Numbered from the whole stretch's first letter, positions 1 to 12,400 are shown. The stretch is 57,205 bases of DNA, filler included, from Sphacelaria rigidula (GCA_964200075.2; 8 parts of 8 records of this genome joined end to end with filler, not necessarily neighbours in it), one strand, 5' to 3'. Numbers and translations are program-made. The notes: a model not told the origin generated them from the sequence alone.

Positions 1-688
1 CTCGCATCCCTACAAAGCCGGGACGGAGCGCGCCGGGTTTTCGCCGGACCAGTCTCGCACACAATCACCGAGCGCGAAGCACCGTAGTGTGTTCGGCGAG
101 TCGCATTAAGGGTGAGCTGCATTATGCTAAAATTGTACGGCTCGAAGCCTTCTGACTTTCTTGCATTTGGATGGCAGCCTGCAATGACTTTCTTTCTTTT
201 CGGGTATCGTCACTTCCAGAGACAGCCACGGCTTACACATTGCCTCATGGATGTCTCATCATCAGCCCTTCGGGGGGAAGGGGGGGGGGGGCGGTAGGTG
301 GGTGTGCGGGATACTATGCTTCGTGTACCTTTCATGCCCAGGGGTATTCACTACTGTAGGAAGACTATTATATTAATACTAAATAGGTGCCACAAAATTT
401 CAATGCCTGGCTCATGTCATCAAGCGAGACGTCAGGCAGAAAAATCTTCGAACAGTCAGAAACAAAATCCTTTCGAGAACACCTCTATCGGTGGCGAAGG
501 CATGAAAAAACATTTGCGCAGTAAAGAACATCGTATTTTCCTCCGCGCAAAGGAGACCTTTTACATCTTCTTCTATGTCCCTTCATCGCATAAAAAAAAA
601 ACCACTATGCTGTTGCACGATAAATCCAACAACACAGTCGATAAGATACGATGCGCCTTGCCAGATTCCCTGAAAAAAAAAAACTCAC

Positions 689-956
689 CTCCTTCATGGC
701 GAAAGTCTCCGCAAACACTGGGAGCGCGGTCGTCATGATTCCGGTCCAGACCACGGATATCGGAACCGAAAGGGACCCCGAAGCTGGGAAGATCATGTCG
801 GATAGCGTTTGCATCGACACGGGTATATCACCAGCCGACAAGCACCACGCCATGGACATAGCGGCTACCACCAACAACTGCGAGGCAACTATTCCGAAAA
901 TGTCATCCCGGTATTTGCGAGCATAATGCTCCGTTCGCCAGAACGCCATACCGAAC
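689..956 (-). CDS. DMT/EamA transporter exon 3
   Basis: acag acceptor and gtgagt donor; FGMAFWRTEHYARK...VVWTGIMTTALPVFAETFAMKE. Confidence 0.88.
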
Positions 957-3900
957 CTGTTTTTTTATTCCGAGAGTGTATTTTGAAGAGGGGAGTACGC
1001 CAATAACGACAGCATAGACGACGGGTGGGATCGAGGAAAGGGGGTGGTTACTCTCGTCAGTTTGACCATGCATCAGAAGATTGCTTTACACTATGCTTCA
1101 TCTTAGTACATATACACCGCGAGTAAATGTCGGGCGAACGTTAGTCGCCGGAGTTGCTACACCGTATTCGTGTTTGCTCCATTCACACTGTGCCAACATA
1201 CATACAGGCGGAACGTGAGTGTTTGTGTGAGCTGTTCGCATGTGTCCGGCCTTCGTATAAACCGTGACGAAAGACACAAGCCTCTGGCGTCCCGGCTTAC
1301 AGACCCCAGCCAGAGCGTAAGAAAGGCACGAATCGCAAGGAGGTTCATTTATTTTGTAGCGCAGGGAGTAGGCACAGTCACGATGCTTTTTCAAAGTGCG
1401 AGATACCATTCGAGGCAAAGAGAGTACATCCAAGACGATATTTCGAGGTGTGTCCACCACTTGGTCGATAGAGAAATTTCTCGGAAACATATATATTTTT
1501 TCGATACAACGTTAACCCGAGCCCTAAACCACAATCCAAGGCATACAGGTAACTCGAGCAAGGGGGGTGCCAAGCATTCCGTAGGCAGACTGTGGCGTTG
1601 GCAGACCTCAGAACGACGCCGCAGGCGCCGATTTTGACGAAAACGCCTTCTGCGCACGCAAGGGACAGTTGGTACTGTCGACCCCGCTTAATCCTTACTC
1701 AGCGAGAGTAGGTGATCTGTTGAATCGGGATCAATTTTCGCTTGAAAAAATTATGCGTGATGTAGATGGACTACCCTCCTCGGGGTTCAAGGGTTAAGAT
1801 CCGAATATCGGTGTTGAGACTTAAGTCAAGTAAGAAAATTCCGGAAAGACTCCAATCGATCAAGTGGTCAACACTACTGGGTATTTTGCACAATTTCTTG
1901 AAGCGCTCAGGTGCGGCGGTACGTTCAGAAGATGTACAGAAATTCCAACCTGTGAACAACGACTTGTGAGAGGAGAGAAGGGATTAGTGCCCTGCGAATG
2001 GAAGATGAGATTTCGAGCGAGCCGTGACAGATTGTGATACCCTCACGACAAACACCCTTCGTAAGTAGATGATGTCATCTTTTGGGTGGACCAACCAAAT
2101 GATAACATCCACAACAATCATGTTCTAAATTAAAGCCGGGCGGCAAAAGCTCGGGAAGATAGATTACACGATATGAGGAACGTCAACGCCCGGATCTCTA
2201 GAGCATTCGTACACAATGGGACTAATCTTAGCTCAAGACTCATTGAAACCGAAACACAAAGCACGACTATGCTACCAGCACTCACTCGCTATGTAACGAT
2301 CGATTCCGAGACCGCATCACCGACTCCGTCATGTGACGTCATCACTACTGAAAGTACCCTACATGGAAAAAATGATCCCCCCCACCCTTCCCCTCCGTCC
2401 CCCATCTCTCTCCTGTTCATCCCACTTGAACACCGAGGGCAACAGCTCTTCAAACTTACGTCACTGGCTGAATGAGCGCCCAAAGATCCCCACTGTTTGG
2501 CCCGCCCTGCACCCCGATTAACTCCAAACACGCTACCCCGGCCACGGCCAAGGCCGCGGGAAACCAGGGGCCGTTCATCGCCGCAAACATGCCACCATCG
2601 CCGTTATCGCTAGCACCGGTATCGACCTTCTTGTCCGCTGGCGCCGGCGTGGACTGGGCGCCGAAAAGGGCGTCGAGCATGGGCACGAGGATGACGGCCA
2701 GGCTGCAGATGAAGGCCGCCTTGGAGGCGGAGGTTGTCATGAGGGATTGCGACTGGGCCCAGTAGCCGAAAAAGTTGAGCAAACCGATCTGTACCGTTGT
2801 TGTTGTCGTCGCCGTCGTCATCGCCGTCGTTGATGGTGTTGGTTTTGTTTTTTGTCCCATGTGAGCGGGGAAGGCGAAGGATATGCGGTGGGAGCGCGGG
2901 CGGGGGAGGTATGATGAGCGCCCAAGACGTGTAAATTGCTTCGACCGTCGACACATGAGGCCGTCAAATAGAAAAGACGTTATCAAGGCAAGAGGAAAAG
3001 AAGCGATAGAGCTTTGTAGGGGTTTGTACATGTCCGTGTACATCAGAGCGGAAGGCGGCAGTTGCCCCAGAGATTTTGAGAGGAAATCAAGGGGTGGTGG
3101 GTAGGAGGGTTGCACGGGCATCAATCTAACGTACTTGGAATATACTTGCTGACTCTAGGCTATTTAGTGCGCGTTTCTCATGTCCCTGCTGTTTTACGAC
3201 GTGGAGGTTTGGTTCACCAGTGACCCCGTGGTGGGAATCCTTATACCGCAAACGCCTGATGTGACAATCGGAATACTAAAATCCTTTCATGATCGTGCCT
3301 CAAGCTGTTGGGGCATTGCCAGATGTCATGACGGCTTTCGGCATTTTTGACAAAAGCTAACACGAGCATGAATAATGGTGACACTCGACACGTTACAGGT
3401 GTGGTGGCGAGTCGGAAGCATGATGAATCATTAGCCCGGCCTCTGCCTGTGACCCGAAAAAACAAAAAACAACATTCCGAAAAAGTGTCTTGTCGGCCCG
3501 CTTGCGCGTCTTCTCAGGCTCGAGGTTGGGGTTGGGCAAAAAACCCTGGGAGAACCTGCCATCCTCTTTGAGAAGGTTTTGGAGTACCTCTACGTTTTTC
3601 GGTGGCCGCCGTGAATGCCCTTGCCCAGACCAGTAATTTGTAGGGTAAGTGGCTAAAAATGACTACAACGCCAAAACGGCGCGGCAGGGTCGGTCAAAAA
3701 TGCACTTTTCCGAGATGTACCTGTTTCTCGGACGATGAACAACGCCCCCCAGGAAAGAAAGGGAAGATCGGAAATATTTCCAGGACTCGGTTGTTCAATG
3801 TCAAATTCCCGACAGTTGCACGATTTCTTCATTCTCCTTCTGTTACCACGAAATCGAGGAATCGGGATTTTGTGCAGTAATGGAGGTATAAAATGGAGGT

Positions 3901-5371
3901 TCCCGACATATTTTACCGCAAATTACTGTGAAATATACAGGGAACCCCAAGTTTGAGATACCTCAAATAGCATGAACCACAAACCACACCCACATTGTTG
4001 TTGTCTTCACATTAGAAAAAAACACATCAAACGACACGTACAGTGAAAGAACCCCTAGTGAAACTGTCGATATGTTTTCAAGCCAAATTGTCGATATACA
4101 TTCAACTTTGACAAACACGGTGAAGCAAGTACTTCTGACAAAAAGTGGCAGCAGCCTCTCCACACATGAAACTTGGAGACTACATGATGACACCCGCTCT
4201 TTTTTTCCTTGAAGTAGTTGTCTTCGACTGCAATATATTGATTTCCCGAAACCGTCTGTACAGTCCAGTACAGACAGCAACAGCGCAATGTAGTCTGGGT
4301 GCGCTCTAGTACCATACCGTCAACACGGCAAGCATAGAGTACGACATTTTCCTATTTCCTCACCTCGGCTCCAGCTCTCCACACCCCAGCCTTGGAGTTC
4401 AGGTTCTTCATAAGGGTCGGTACGAACGGAATCACGGACACGCTAAACCTCAGTGCCGCGGCGAGACTCATGGGTACCGTCTCTTCCAAAAGCTTGACAC
4501 ACCCGAAGTTCGTACCGTACAACGCAGCCGCCCCGATCAACAATCCCCTAGAGATCCAAAGACTCCTTGCATCACTATCGCCCTCCTCCGCTAGCCCCTC
4601 CCCAGCCCCCCGCTCCTTTCCCCCCAATACTCCTGTATTGCCATCGGTAGCGAGCTCCCTTTTAACAGGCGCCACTGGCGCCCCCGTAAGCTTGTCGATA
4701 GTCTCGTGCCCCATGAGCAGTTCCGGGGGGGGCAGCGCCGACATCTCAAGGATACGTTGCTGCCTCTCGATTTCGGCGCTTACAGTGCTCGACACTCTTG
4801 CCCCGTTCTCCAGCTCTCGTGGCGTCAGGTATGACTCCTGGGGAGCCAGTTTACGCGCGGCGACCTCGGCAGCGAACAGCTGCTCTTCAGTAACGGCCGA
4901 TGTAGCTGGGGGTGTGGCGAGACTGTTGGTCCATGTGGGCGCGGTGGCGGTGGTAGACTTGGTGGATGCGAGGCGCGTGCGGCGGCGACGGCGGTGTGTT
5001 GGAGAAGACTGGCGAGTTTCTTCCGCATCGACGTTCGCGGCATCGTTGTCGCTGCCGCTGCTCTTGGCAACCATTGTCGTTCGCCGGCTGTCGTTGGTGC
5101 TGGTGCTACGAGTACCGTTTATTCTACATCGCCTGTCCCGGGTGAGTGTGGCCGCTCTAGGTATCGGGTGTGATGTTTTTATAAAACATCTAGACGGGAA
5201 AGAGCTCGTCGTTCGCGTGAGGTGGGGGCTCGACGTGAAACACGAGCATTGGTGAATCGCGGCCGAAGCTAGGCAAGCGCCTGCGATGGTCAGGGAGGGG
5301 TGTGGGGGGAGCAGGCGATGGTGGTGGTACTGGATGAGCGAAGGTGTCAGTCGCGCGTGTTGGTTCACCAT
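689..5371 (-). CDS. DMT/EamA (drug/metabolite transporter) family membrane protein, probably plastid-targeted; 5' part with exons 5371-4364, 2788-2460, 956-689; 3' end beyond contig
   Basis: Splice sites and phases fit: GAG|gtgagg ... acag|ATC (phase 0), GTG AC|gtaagt ... acag|G TTC (phase 2, giving QPVTFGMAFWRTE), GAG|gtgagt. Peptide has EamA-type motifs LLIGAAALYGTNFGCVK, AAALRFSVS, GYWAQSQSLMTTSASKAAFICSLAVILVP, GDLWALIQP and WTGIMTTALPVFAETFAMKE. Confidence 0.88.
1456..1665 (+). mobile_element. Partial copy of the ACCACTTGGT-TIR MITE (full copy at 31451-31744)
   Basis: Colinear similarity to 31451-31655 (accacttggt..gaaatttctcggaaa..caaggcatac..aaggggg(g)tgc..taggca..agacctca..gacgaaaacg..tctgcgcacgc); lies in DMT intron 2. 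Confidence 0.7.
1688..1797 (+). mobile_element. piggyBac-like MITE (~110 bp), TTAA-flanked
   Basis: TTAA at 1688-1691 and 1794-1797; ends ..gcgagagtaggtgatctg / agatggactaccctc..aaggg; the core gttgaatcgg.atcaattttc.cttgaaaa is shared with other copies. Confidence 0.75.
2460..2788 (-). CDS. DMT/EamA transporter exon 2
   Basis: acag acceptor and gtaagt donor; IGLLNFFGYWAQSQSLMTTSASKAAFICSLAVILVP...GDLWALIQP. Confidence 0.88.
4364..5371 (-). CDS. DMT/EamA transporter exon 1 (targeting leader plus first TM helices)
   Basis: ORF 4352..5371 up to the donor GAG|gtgagg at 4363; hydrophobic N-terminal stretch, S/T/R-rich region, then TM segments. Confidence 0.85.
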
Positions 5372-5622
5372 GTTGCGGGAACATGCTGTCTGTGTGGAAC
5401 TACTCGAAATTAGTGTAAGAATCAGTGAGATGACCGCTGTTTACACCGAGCTTGGCGAATTGAAAAGTTGGCCAGGATATAGTTGTGATGTTCCTGGGGA
5501 TGCTGCGTGGTCCATCTTCATGGGATCAGAAAATTTGTGCGATTTCGTGGGAATTCGAATACATCACGAGCGATCACACGGCTCCACGAACTTTCGATCT
5601 CGAGTAGCTGGTGAACAATACA

Positions 5623-5688
5623 TCGGGCCTGAAGGGGGCGTACTCGGGCCTGAAGGGGACGTACTCGGTCGGGCCTGAAGGGAGGGCG
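5623..5688 (+). repeat. Short tandem repeat, TCGGGCCTGAAGGG x3 (21-25 bp spacing), upstream of the DMT start
   Basis: Copies start at 5623, 5644 and 5669. Confidence 0.8.
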
Positions 5689-7064
5689 GACCGCGACATT
5701 TTGAAAGAACAAAATCTGGCTGCAGAAAAATCCATCACATCTCACCGAATAGCGCCGGTGCTCCAGAGTTCTTCATGTCCTGTCACTCTCGGGCTAGAGT
5801 GGATTATATCTCTTCACTTAGCTGCTGCTGGCCTACTGTTATCTTACTGACTTGGCCAGGGTGAATCGTTTCTCGAAAAGCATGAAGTGTATACGTAGTG
5901 CGTAGGTGACGAGAAGAGGATGATACGGTACTGAGGAAGAGAGTGCAAGTACACTATGATCGATTTCCACGCCGGCGTATCGACCACGTCATCATCCAAC
6001 TGCAACTTGGCCGGTGAAACTTCAATCACTCAACCTTGATTATACCTTGGCCAATTAGAATCGCCTTAAAAAGTATTCTTTGCTCACTGGACTGCAGCTG
6101 TTGGATCTCTGGATATCTTTTGATGCCCAGCATGCGCTCACTCGAACCAGAGCATATGCCTTCCGATTGTTGTTGATGCAGCAGCTGCTTATGACGTGAC
6201 CTAAGCGTTTCACCCCCGAAAAATGCTCGTACAGTGGTTTTAACGCTGCTTACTGTACCGTCACACTCACTTATGTGGACATGCACGTCGTTTGCCCCGC
6301 CTGACTTTCCCCTGTCGGATCGCATGTCCCTACCCAGCACTGGGTTCGCCGCACGATCGAAAGTATCGTGACGCAAATGTATGTCATCGTCTACTCGGAG
6401 CTGGAGGAATGGCCATCCTGTCCCCACCCTTGGGAGCCTATCGAAGTGCATAAAGCCATTATTAGTGTGTTGCTCTGTACTGTGACTATAATGTGTACAT
6501 AAATTATTGTTGTGCTGCACTGACTGTGCATACCTCACGAAGCAAACCTGGACGCATCGTGAACTTTCCCGGATCACCTGACACTGGGCGGCGTCTCCCC
6601 GCCCACCTCTATCCTTCATGACGACGTCACATGTCACAAGTCAGTCGAAAAATAAACTTGGAACCCCTTCAACCATTCAAACCAAAATGAGGTGGAATGG
6701 ACGGCAGAGCGTAGAGCCGAAAGTGGATGTGCATGCTGCGGATCACATCGAAGTTCTGTTCTGTTTTGCCCAGAATGTTTGTCTGGCTGACTCGACGAGA
6801 GATTCTGATTCAAGCGCCCACCACGCGCCACATCTCGTGTGTGGGTGATATTGTCAACCAACAATCCTCCAAAAGGGCTGGCACGCCACCCACCTAGCGT
6901 GTTCACGCATGTGGTCGTGGTAGTTTTTCGTCGTGAAACCCATGCTGTCCGGCCTCTCACCCCAACACAAACATCTCGCCAACATATTTATCACTGTAGA
7001 TTAGCGGTGCTTATGTGCTATCCACCTCGACTCAGTGGGACCTACGGTTTATACAGCATGGCTG

Positions 7065-7164
7065 NNNNNNNNNNNNNNNNNNNNNNNNNNNNNNNNNNNN
7101 NNNNNNNNTTAATTAATTAANNNNNNNNNNNNNNNNNNNNNNNNNNNNNNNNNNNNNNNNNNNN
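7065..7164. other. Artificial contig spacer
   Basis: N44-TTAATTAATTAA-N44 (stops in all six frames). Confidence 0.99.
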
Positions 7165-7412
7165 TTCCCTTTTTCCTAACTTTGCACCCACCCCCGGGGG
7201 GGGGGGGGGGGTATAAACCGTTTTCCAATCTGTAGGGCCCCTTGAATCGCGTAGAAATGATGACATTAAAATTTGGAGCATGATACTTTGATGAATGCAT
7301 TTTACGTTGCTGTGGTCATTCTCGATTTCATGGACTCACTGTCTCTTGTATCGCCTGTCGACATCAGTTTTACAGTGTGCTAAGCAAGCGTAAGCTACGC
7401 ATCCACGTATAG

Positions 7413-7819
7413 ATGGAGGTAGATAGTGATGCTGAAGATCCCTTGCTGGCCAATGGTGATGCCAGTAGTAGCAGTAGCGACCACGAAAATCAGCACGAAA
7501 TCAGCACACAAAACGGGAATGATGATTCAGGTGCCTCTGCAAACCCGAGCAAGACCATCTGCGAAGAGTGCGAAGACAGGCGCGCCCAGTGGTTTTGCCC
7601 GGAATGCGAAGGCAACTTTTGCGACGTGTGCTTTTACGCGCTACATCGCAAGGGAAAGAGGGCGTTGCATAGACCGAAGAAGATCAATAGACCTATAGCG
7701 GCGGGGGACGGGGCGCGAGGAGCGGATAGAGGTGGTGGTAGTGGGGGGGGGCTGCTGAAGGGTTGGATTGGGCCTAGGCTTCCACCCAAGGAGGAGGTGA
7801 ACCCTGATATCCACGACAG
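7413..7819 (+). CDS. First coding exon of a B-box zinc-finger protein (possibly DUF2009/UPF0652 family)
   Basis: CEECEDRRAQWFCPECEGNFCDVCFYALHRKGKRALH is a B-box; ends at the donor GAC AG|gtgggt. The DUF2009 assignment is recall of domain architecture only; no downstream exon was identified in this contig. Confidence 0.75.
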
Positions 7820-10218
7820 GTGGGTGGGCCAGATCAAAATATTTGTCGGTTGACATGCGTGGGGGATAGCTAGGTATGGTGTTGAGTCGATTGGTGTTGT
7901 GTCGTGTGTCGGGGGGGGGGGGGGGTGTTGAACCTGTGTACAATATTTTTCACCAAATAACTGTTCTATTTTCTTCACGCCAACCTCGGAGTTGCAGTCG
8001 AGACACGTTCGTTTCTTGGAGTAGGAAGCAGCACCCTTTGCATAGAAGGCGCACACAGCAAAACTGTCAGCACCCCAGCCAATGCAGTCTCTCAATTAGT
8101 TGGCTGGTTTAAGCACTACAGGATTCGAAGCTTGACGGAGATAGTACTGTTTTTTTCGACTCAGCTTAGGGGTGGCATACTCTCAGTACCCTGTGATGGA
8201 ATATACTGACCCTCAATGACAGTGGGTCGGGGTTTGATGTGGATGACCCTGCACCCACACCGTTTCTTGGCCCTGAAAAAAAAAAGTTGATCAAAAAACA
8301 GAATAAGACCAGTACAGTATGGTGGTATATCACAGAGCAACTTCACAAGCTGCAGAAATCATGGTAATAAATGAACAACTAGGTAGGTGGACTGTGAACT
8401 GATATTTTCCTACACCCCCCTCCCACAGGGTGGCGTCGTCATAGGTAACCTAACGCTTGAAGAGCCGAGGATTTTCCACTCCAATAGTACGGCCTGATGG
8501 TCCCGCGGGCATTTGGAGAATGACACTTGACAAGTGTATGACACTGTTGTGGCTGCCGGGCGCGGAATGGAAGATTGGACCCGTACGGGTCCACCATTTT
8601 CTGGGACCCGAAGTGCTTTTACTTGCGTACAAAATGATCGTTTGTGCCACTGGTGGTGAGTCACACCAACCCAACCACTACCTCAATCTCAACAAAATGC
8701 GGACCATTAACCCTCCAGCAATGGGAATCTATGCTAAAGACATTCAAAGTATCGAGGAAAATGTTGCTGCAGCCAACGGGGGTCAGGCGTCGACCAGCAG
8801 CGTCATAAAGAACACTTCGGGTTCCAGAGAATGATGGACCCATACGGGTCCGAGGAGTGATGATGCCCCCAAGCGCTGAATCAGACAGAAATACACAGTT
8901 TTTTTTGCATTTCTTCCCCGACCTCAGTCCCGCTCAGTCGTGATCCACACACTCACTTATGCAAGACTAGAAAAGGAGTCTTGCCGACTCTGAAGCTTCG
9001 AACCTCGCAATACCATACGGACATCTGTAATAAGATATTTCTGTGTCATCATCTTATGCTGCTGCTGTTGTTGTCAGCGCTCCAAAGCTTCACGTACGCC
9101 CTGCCATGCCCTTCCGCTCTCGCCGTCGTGCCTTATCATCGCTCCGGTGGGACCTTTTCCCGCAGATGAAAGACCTTGCGTCTACATGATATGTGGCCCT
9201 TACCGCTACCTGTAAAAGTGATCGAACGTTATTAACAGACGATAACTCGTGGGATGAACTGATCATTCCCTGAACCCGTTCCTAAGGGGGGCGCAGCATC
9301 GTCTCCGGGCAAGTTTGCGCCTCAGGAGGCTTGTGTATGATACACAAATCGCCCAGTATTTTCTCAGTCCTACTTCACACAGTCGCTCAAGTAGACATTG
9401 GATCAAACTCGCAGATGGATTCTTTTTTGCCGAGCTATCTCAACCTATTTCCAGATGCTGGCCAAAGAGGAACCTTGATTGAGAGGATATTCATTCACCG
9501 TTATAATATCTGAAACGCAATCGTACAGAAGTCACGCCGGAGTGCTCAACATTCACTTCCACTTCACGCACAAGTGAGACATACTGGAAGCCATCGTTTT
9601 CGGCCAATATTATGCTCTTCGCCTCATACAACTGTGTGGTTTTCGCTGCTCATGATTTCCTCTTTACCTTAGCCTTTTCTTTTTGATGTTACGTTGGGAC
9701 TCTGTGCGCGGATACGTTCATGTGCCTTGGCTATCCTATCCATAACACGTGCAGTTCTCTCACTTGGTGCGGCGTGGTCAGAGAGATCGCAAATCTGGGC
9801 TTCATTTGCGAGCATAGAAGATGTGCACACCCTGGACACTAGACGGCATCTATAGCAATAGCAATATAATCTGTTGCAGTAGATGCAAATATTGTCTTCC
9901 GAAATAATCATCAATTGGCAACCTTTTCTTCATATTGTGGGCAATGTCTATCGATAGACCAGTTTCCCACACTTTTGTCCGGGCACCAGTCTGTTGTGGC
10001 CCTACATCGAAATCTATTGCGGCCGACGAAATGTATCGACCGATAGTTTTCCAAATCCAATCGATGACTGCAATGGCTATTGATAGACCGCCTGCCAAAT
10101 CTATTGATGACGGCAATCGCTATTGATAAATTGTGTACAAAATCTATGCATGGCGGCGATGAATATCGATAGACACATACAGGCTGGTTCAGGCTTATCA
10201 CCCCAAAAACACTCGTCG

Positions 10219-10889
10219 GCAAAACCTCACGCCGTTTTAAGGTGTTAGACCCTAAAATTTTGCACAGATGTTCTAGGGGGAATTACGCAACTTTCGAAGG
10301 TCGAGGTTTCTCGGATTTTCGACTTTTTCACCGTTTTTCGGGGGTCCCAGTTTTTCCGGCAAACATCGGTCCAATCGGACCCCGTAAAAGGGTAATTAAA
10401 AAAAAACTTGGAAAACCTCGTTCATCCAAAATTTTCGTCATGACCCATAGCACAGTTGTGCAAAATTTCAGGGTGTACCTCCTTGAAACGGCGTAAGGTT
10501 TTTCGCTTTTGTGCGATGAACGTTGACGTGCCTCGGTGAAACCGCAAACTACTTGATTTTAGTGCCAAAACGGCATTTTGTTTTTACGTGAACATGAAAA
10601 TCGAAGCATCAGATGATCGACCCTTGCGACGAAATTCGGTGGGGCCCTCCCTTGGGTTATGCAGCGACAGCTCGTCCACGAACAAGTGGAAAAAATGCCG
10701 TAGTGCCAGTTTAACGGGGTCCCAGAACGGGGTCTACTCCGAAAATCAACTTGGATCCCGTCGACCCCCCAAAAAACGGTGAAAAACTCAAGTTAAAAAA
10801 ACATCGTCAGTAGAAAGTTGCGTGATGATACATACAATTTTTGTGCAAAGTTTCAGGATGTAACTTCCAATAACGGCGTGAAGGTTTGC
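10219..10889. mobile_element. MITE-like element with ~130-bp imperfect terminal inverted repeats
   Basis: 10219-10348 (gcaaaacctcacgccgtt..aaattttgcaca..acgcaactttc..tttttcaccgtttttcgggggtc) is the reverse complement of 10762-10889; a third arm copy lies at ~10455-10505. Confidence 0.7.
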
Positions 10890-12400
10890 GCATTTGTTGA
10901 GGAGGTGGGCTTGAAACGTGCAACTCCTAACTACTTGGGTTTGGGATGAAAGCGCCTTTTGGGGTGAAATTTACGTCAAGGCAAGAAAAACTGTATGAGG
11001 TTTTCGAGTTTCTCCACCAAACTTTGTACATGTGTTCCTTGGACTGTCCCGGGACACATCATTCTATCATTTTTCTTTCAGGGCATTCTGTACCGCTTTT
11101 CAGGAGTCTTCATACGGGAACCCCCGGAAGCCGGTAGAGAACGGAGAAATCATGAAATATTGTCAAGAATAGTAGTTTTACGTTTGGAGCATCAGTACCT
11201 ACGGAACTGCCAAGTTTGAGGACGATCTGAGCCTTTCTACAACAGATATAGGGGACACCGTCACGAAGCTAGGGTCTTTCGTGCGTATCACTAGTGGAAA
11301 TTAGACGACGCCAACACCCGACATCACCGAAACATCACGATTTAGGGTATAATTCGACCCCCGTAGTAGCCGTTTTAAAATATATGTTTTTCGTTAGATC
11401 CCCGAGCCGATGACAGTTACAACGATTTGAAGCATGATGAGGTTGGGTGAAAATTGGGCTTGGAATTCGTTACTTCGATCTCGGAACAATTTGACGGGCC
11501 CTGATTGATCAATATATATATTCGCTCTCAGCGTTACCACCATGTCCTTACACAAAAATCCGGCTATGTCACGCGCTTCAGCTGTCCACGGCGGTCAGTA
11601 TGATATCATGTATGCGACTATTGGGAAAGTATTGGGAAATGCATTTGCCGATGACACAATTTTGGGTGACAAGCGTGAACCAGCCTGTACCAGAATCTAC
11701 TGTGGTATACAATGCCTTTCGATGGATATCGTCTGTCATCTATCTCCACACCTACATTGCAACATACCACGCACAGAGCATATTATACTCCGTTAAAGTA
11801 CGGTAGAGAAGCCGCAGGTGGGCGTGCAGTGGGTATTTAATATACGATGATACTACCTGTGAATACATGACGTCACGTTTCTTCAATGGCTAACGACATG
11901 TATATCCCAGAACTTATTGCGGCACACGATTCCCATCGATGGCGAGTGATCTTTATATATTGTAATTGACATAGGCTATCGATCGGCGATAGTAACATCT
12001 GTTGTCCCTTGCAATACATATCAGCAGATGTGTTTCACCATCAATCGCGTTCGACAAAATGTATCGATAGGTTTTCCCCCGTGTCTATTGCTTAAGCGAT
12101 GGACTATTATTGCGTCCACTGTCCAGAGTGTGAAGATGTGGCAGGAATTATCACCAAGAGCAACGTAATGAACACGGCGATTTCGCCGGTTTCGCCGCAC
12201 ATGGCTCTTGCTGACGAGCGCAACCTCTCTGGGTCTCGTACTACAATTATGGTACATATTCTTCCTCTACGTTACTCGTGAGACACGTTCTGTATTATGT
12301 TGTATGTGTGTTGTCGTCCCATCTACTCTAGGCGCCGTACGTCTTTCGGCATATGTGGGCACATCAGCCGGGGCCACACAGGACGAAGGTCAACACATAA

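Noticed and set aside
4392..5255. 287-aa plus-strand ORF
   Set aside because: Antisense shadow of the GC-rich DMT exon 1; no motifs of its own.
6026..6637. 203-aa minus-strand ORF
   Set aside because: No recognisable domain and no convincing exon chain; cannot be supported as a gene.
7109..7120. TTAATTAATTAA palindrome recurring every 7163 bp
   Set aside because: Artificial six-frame-stop linker embedded in N runs; the periodicity reflects length-sorted contigs.
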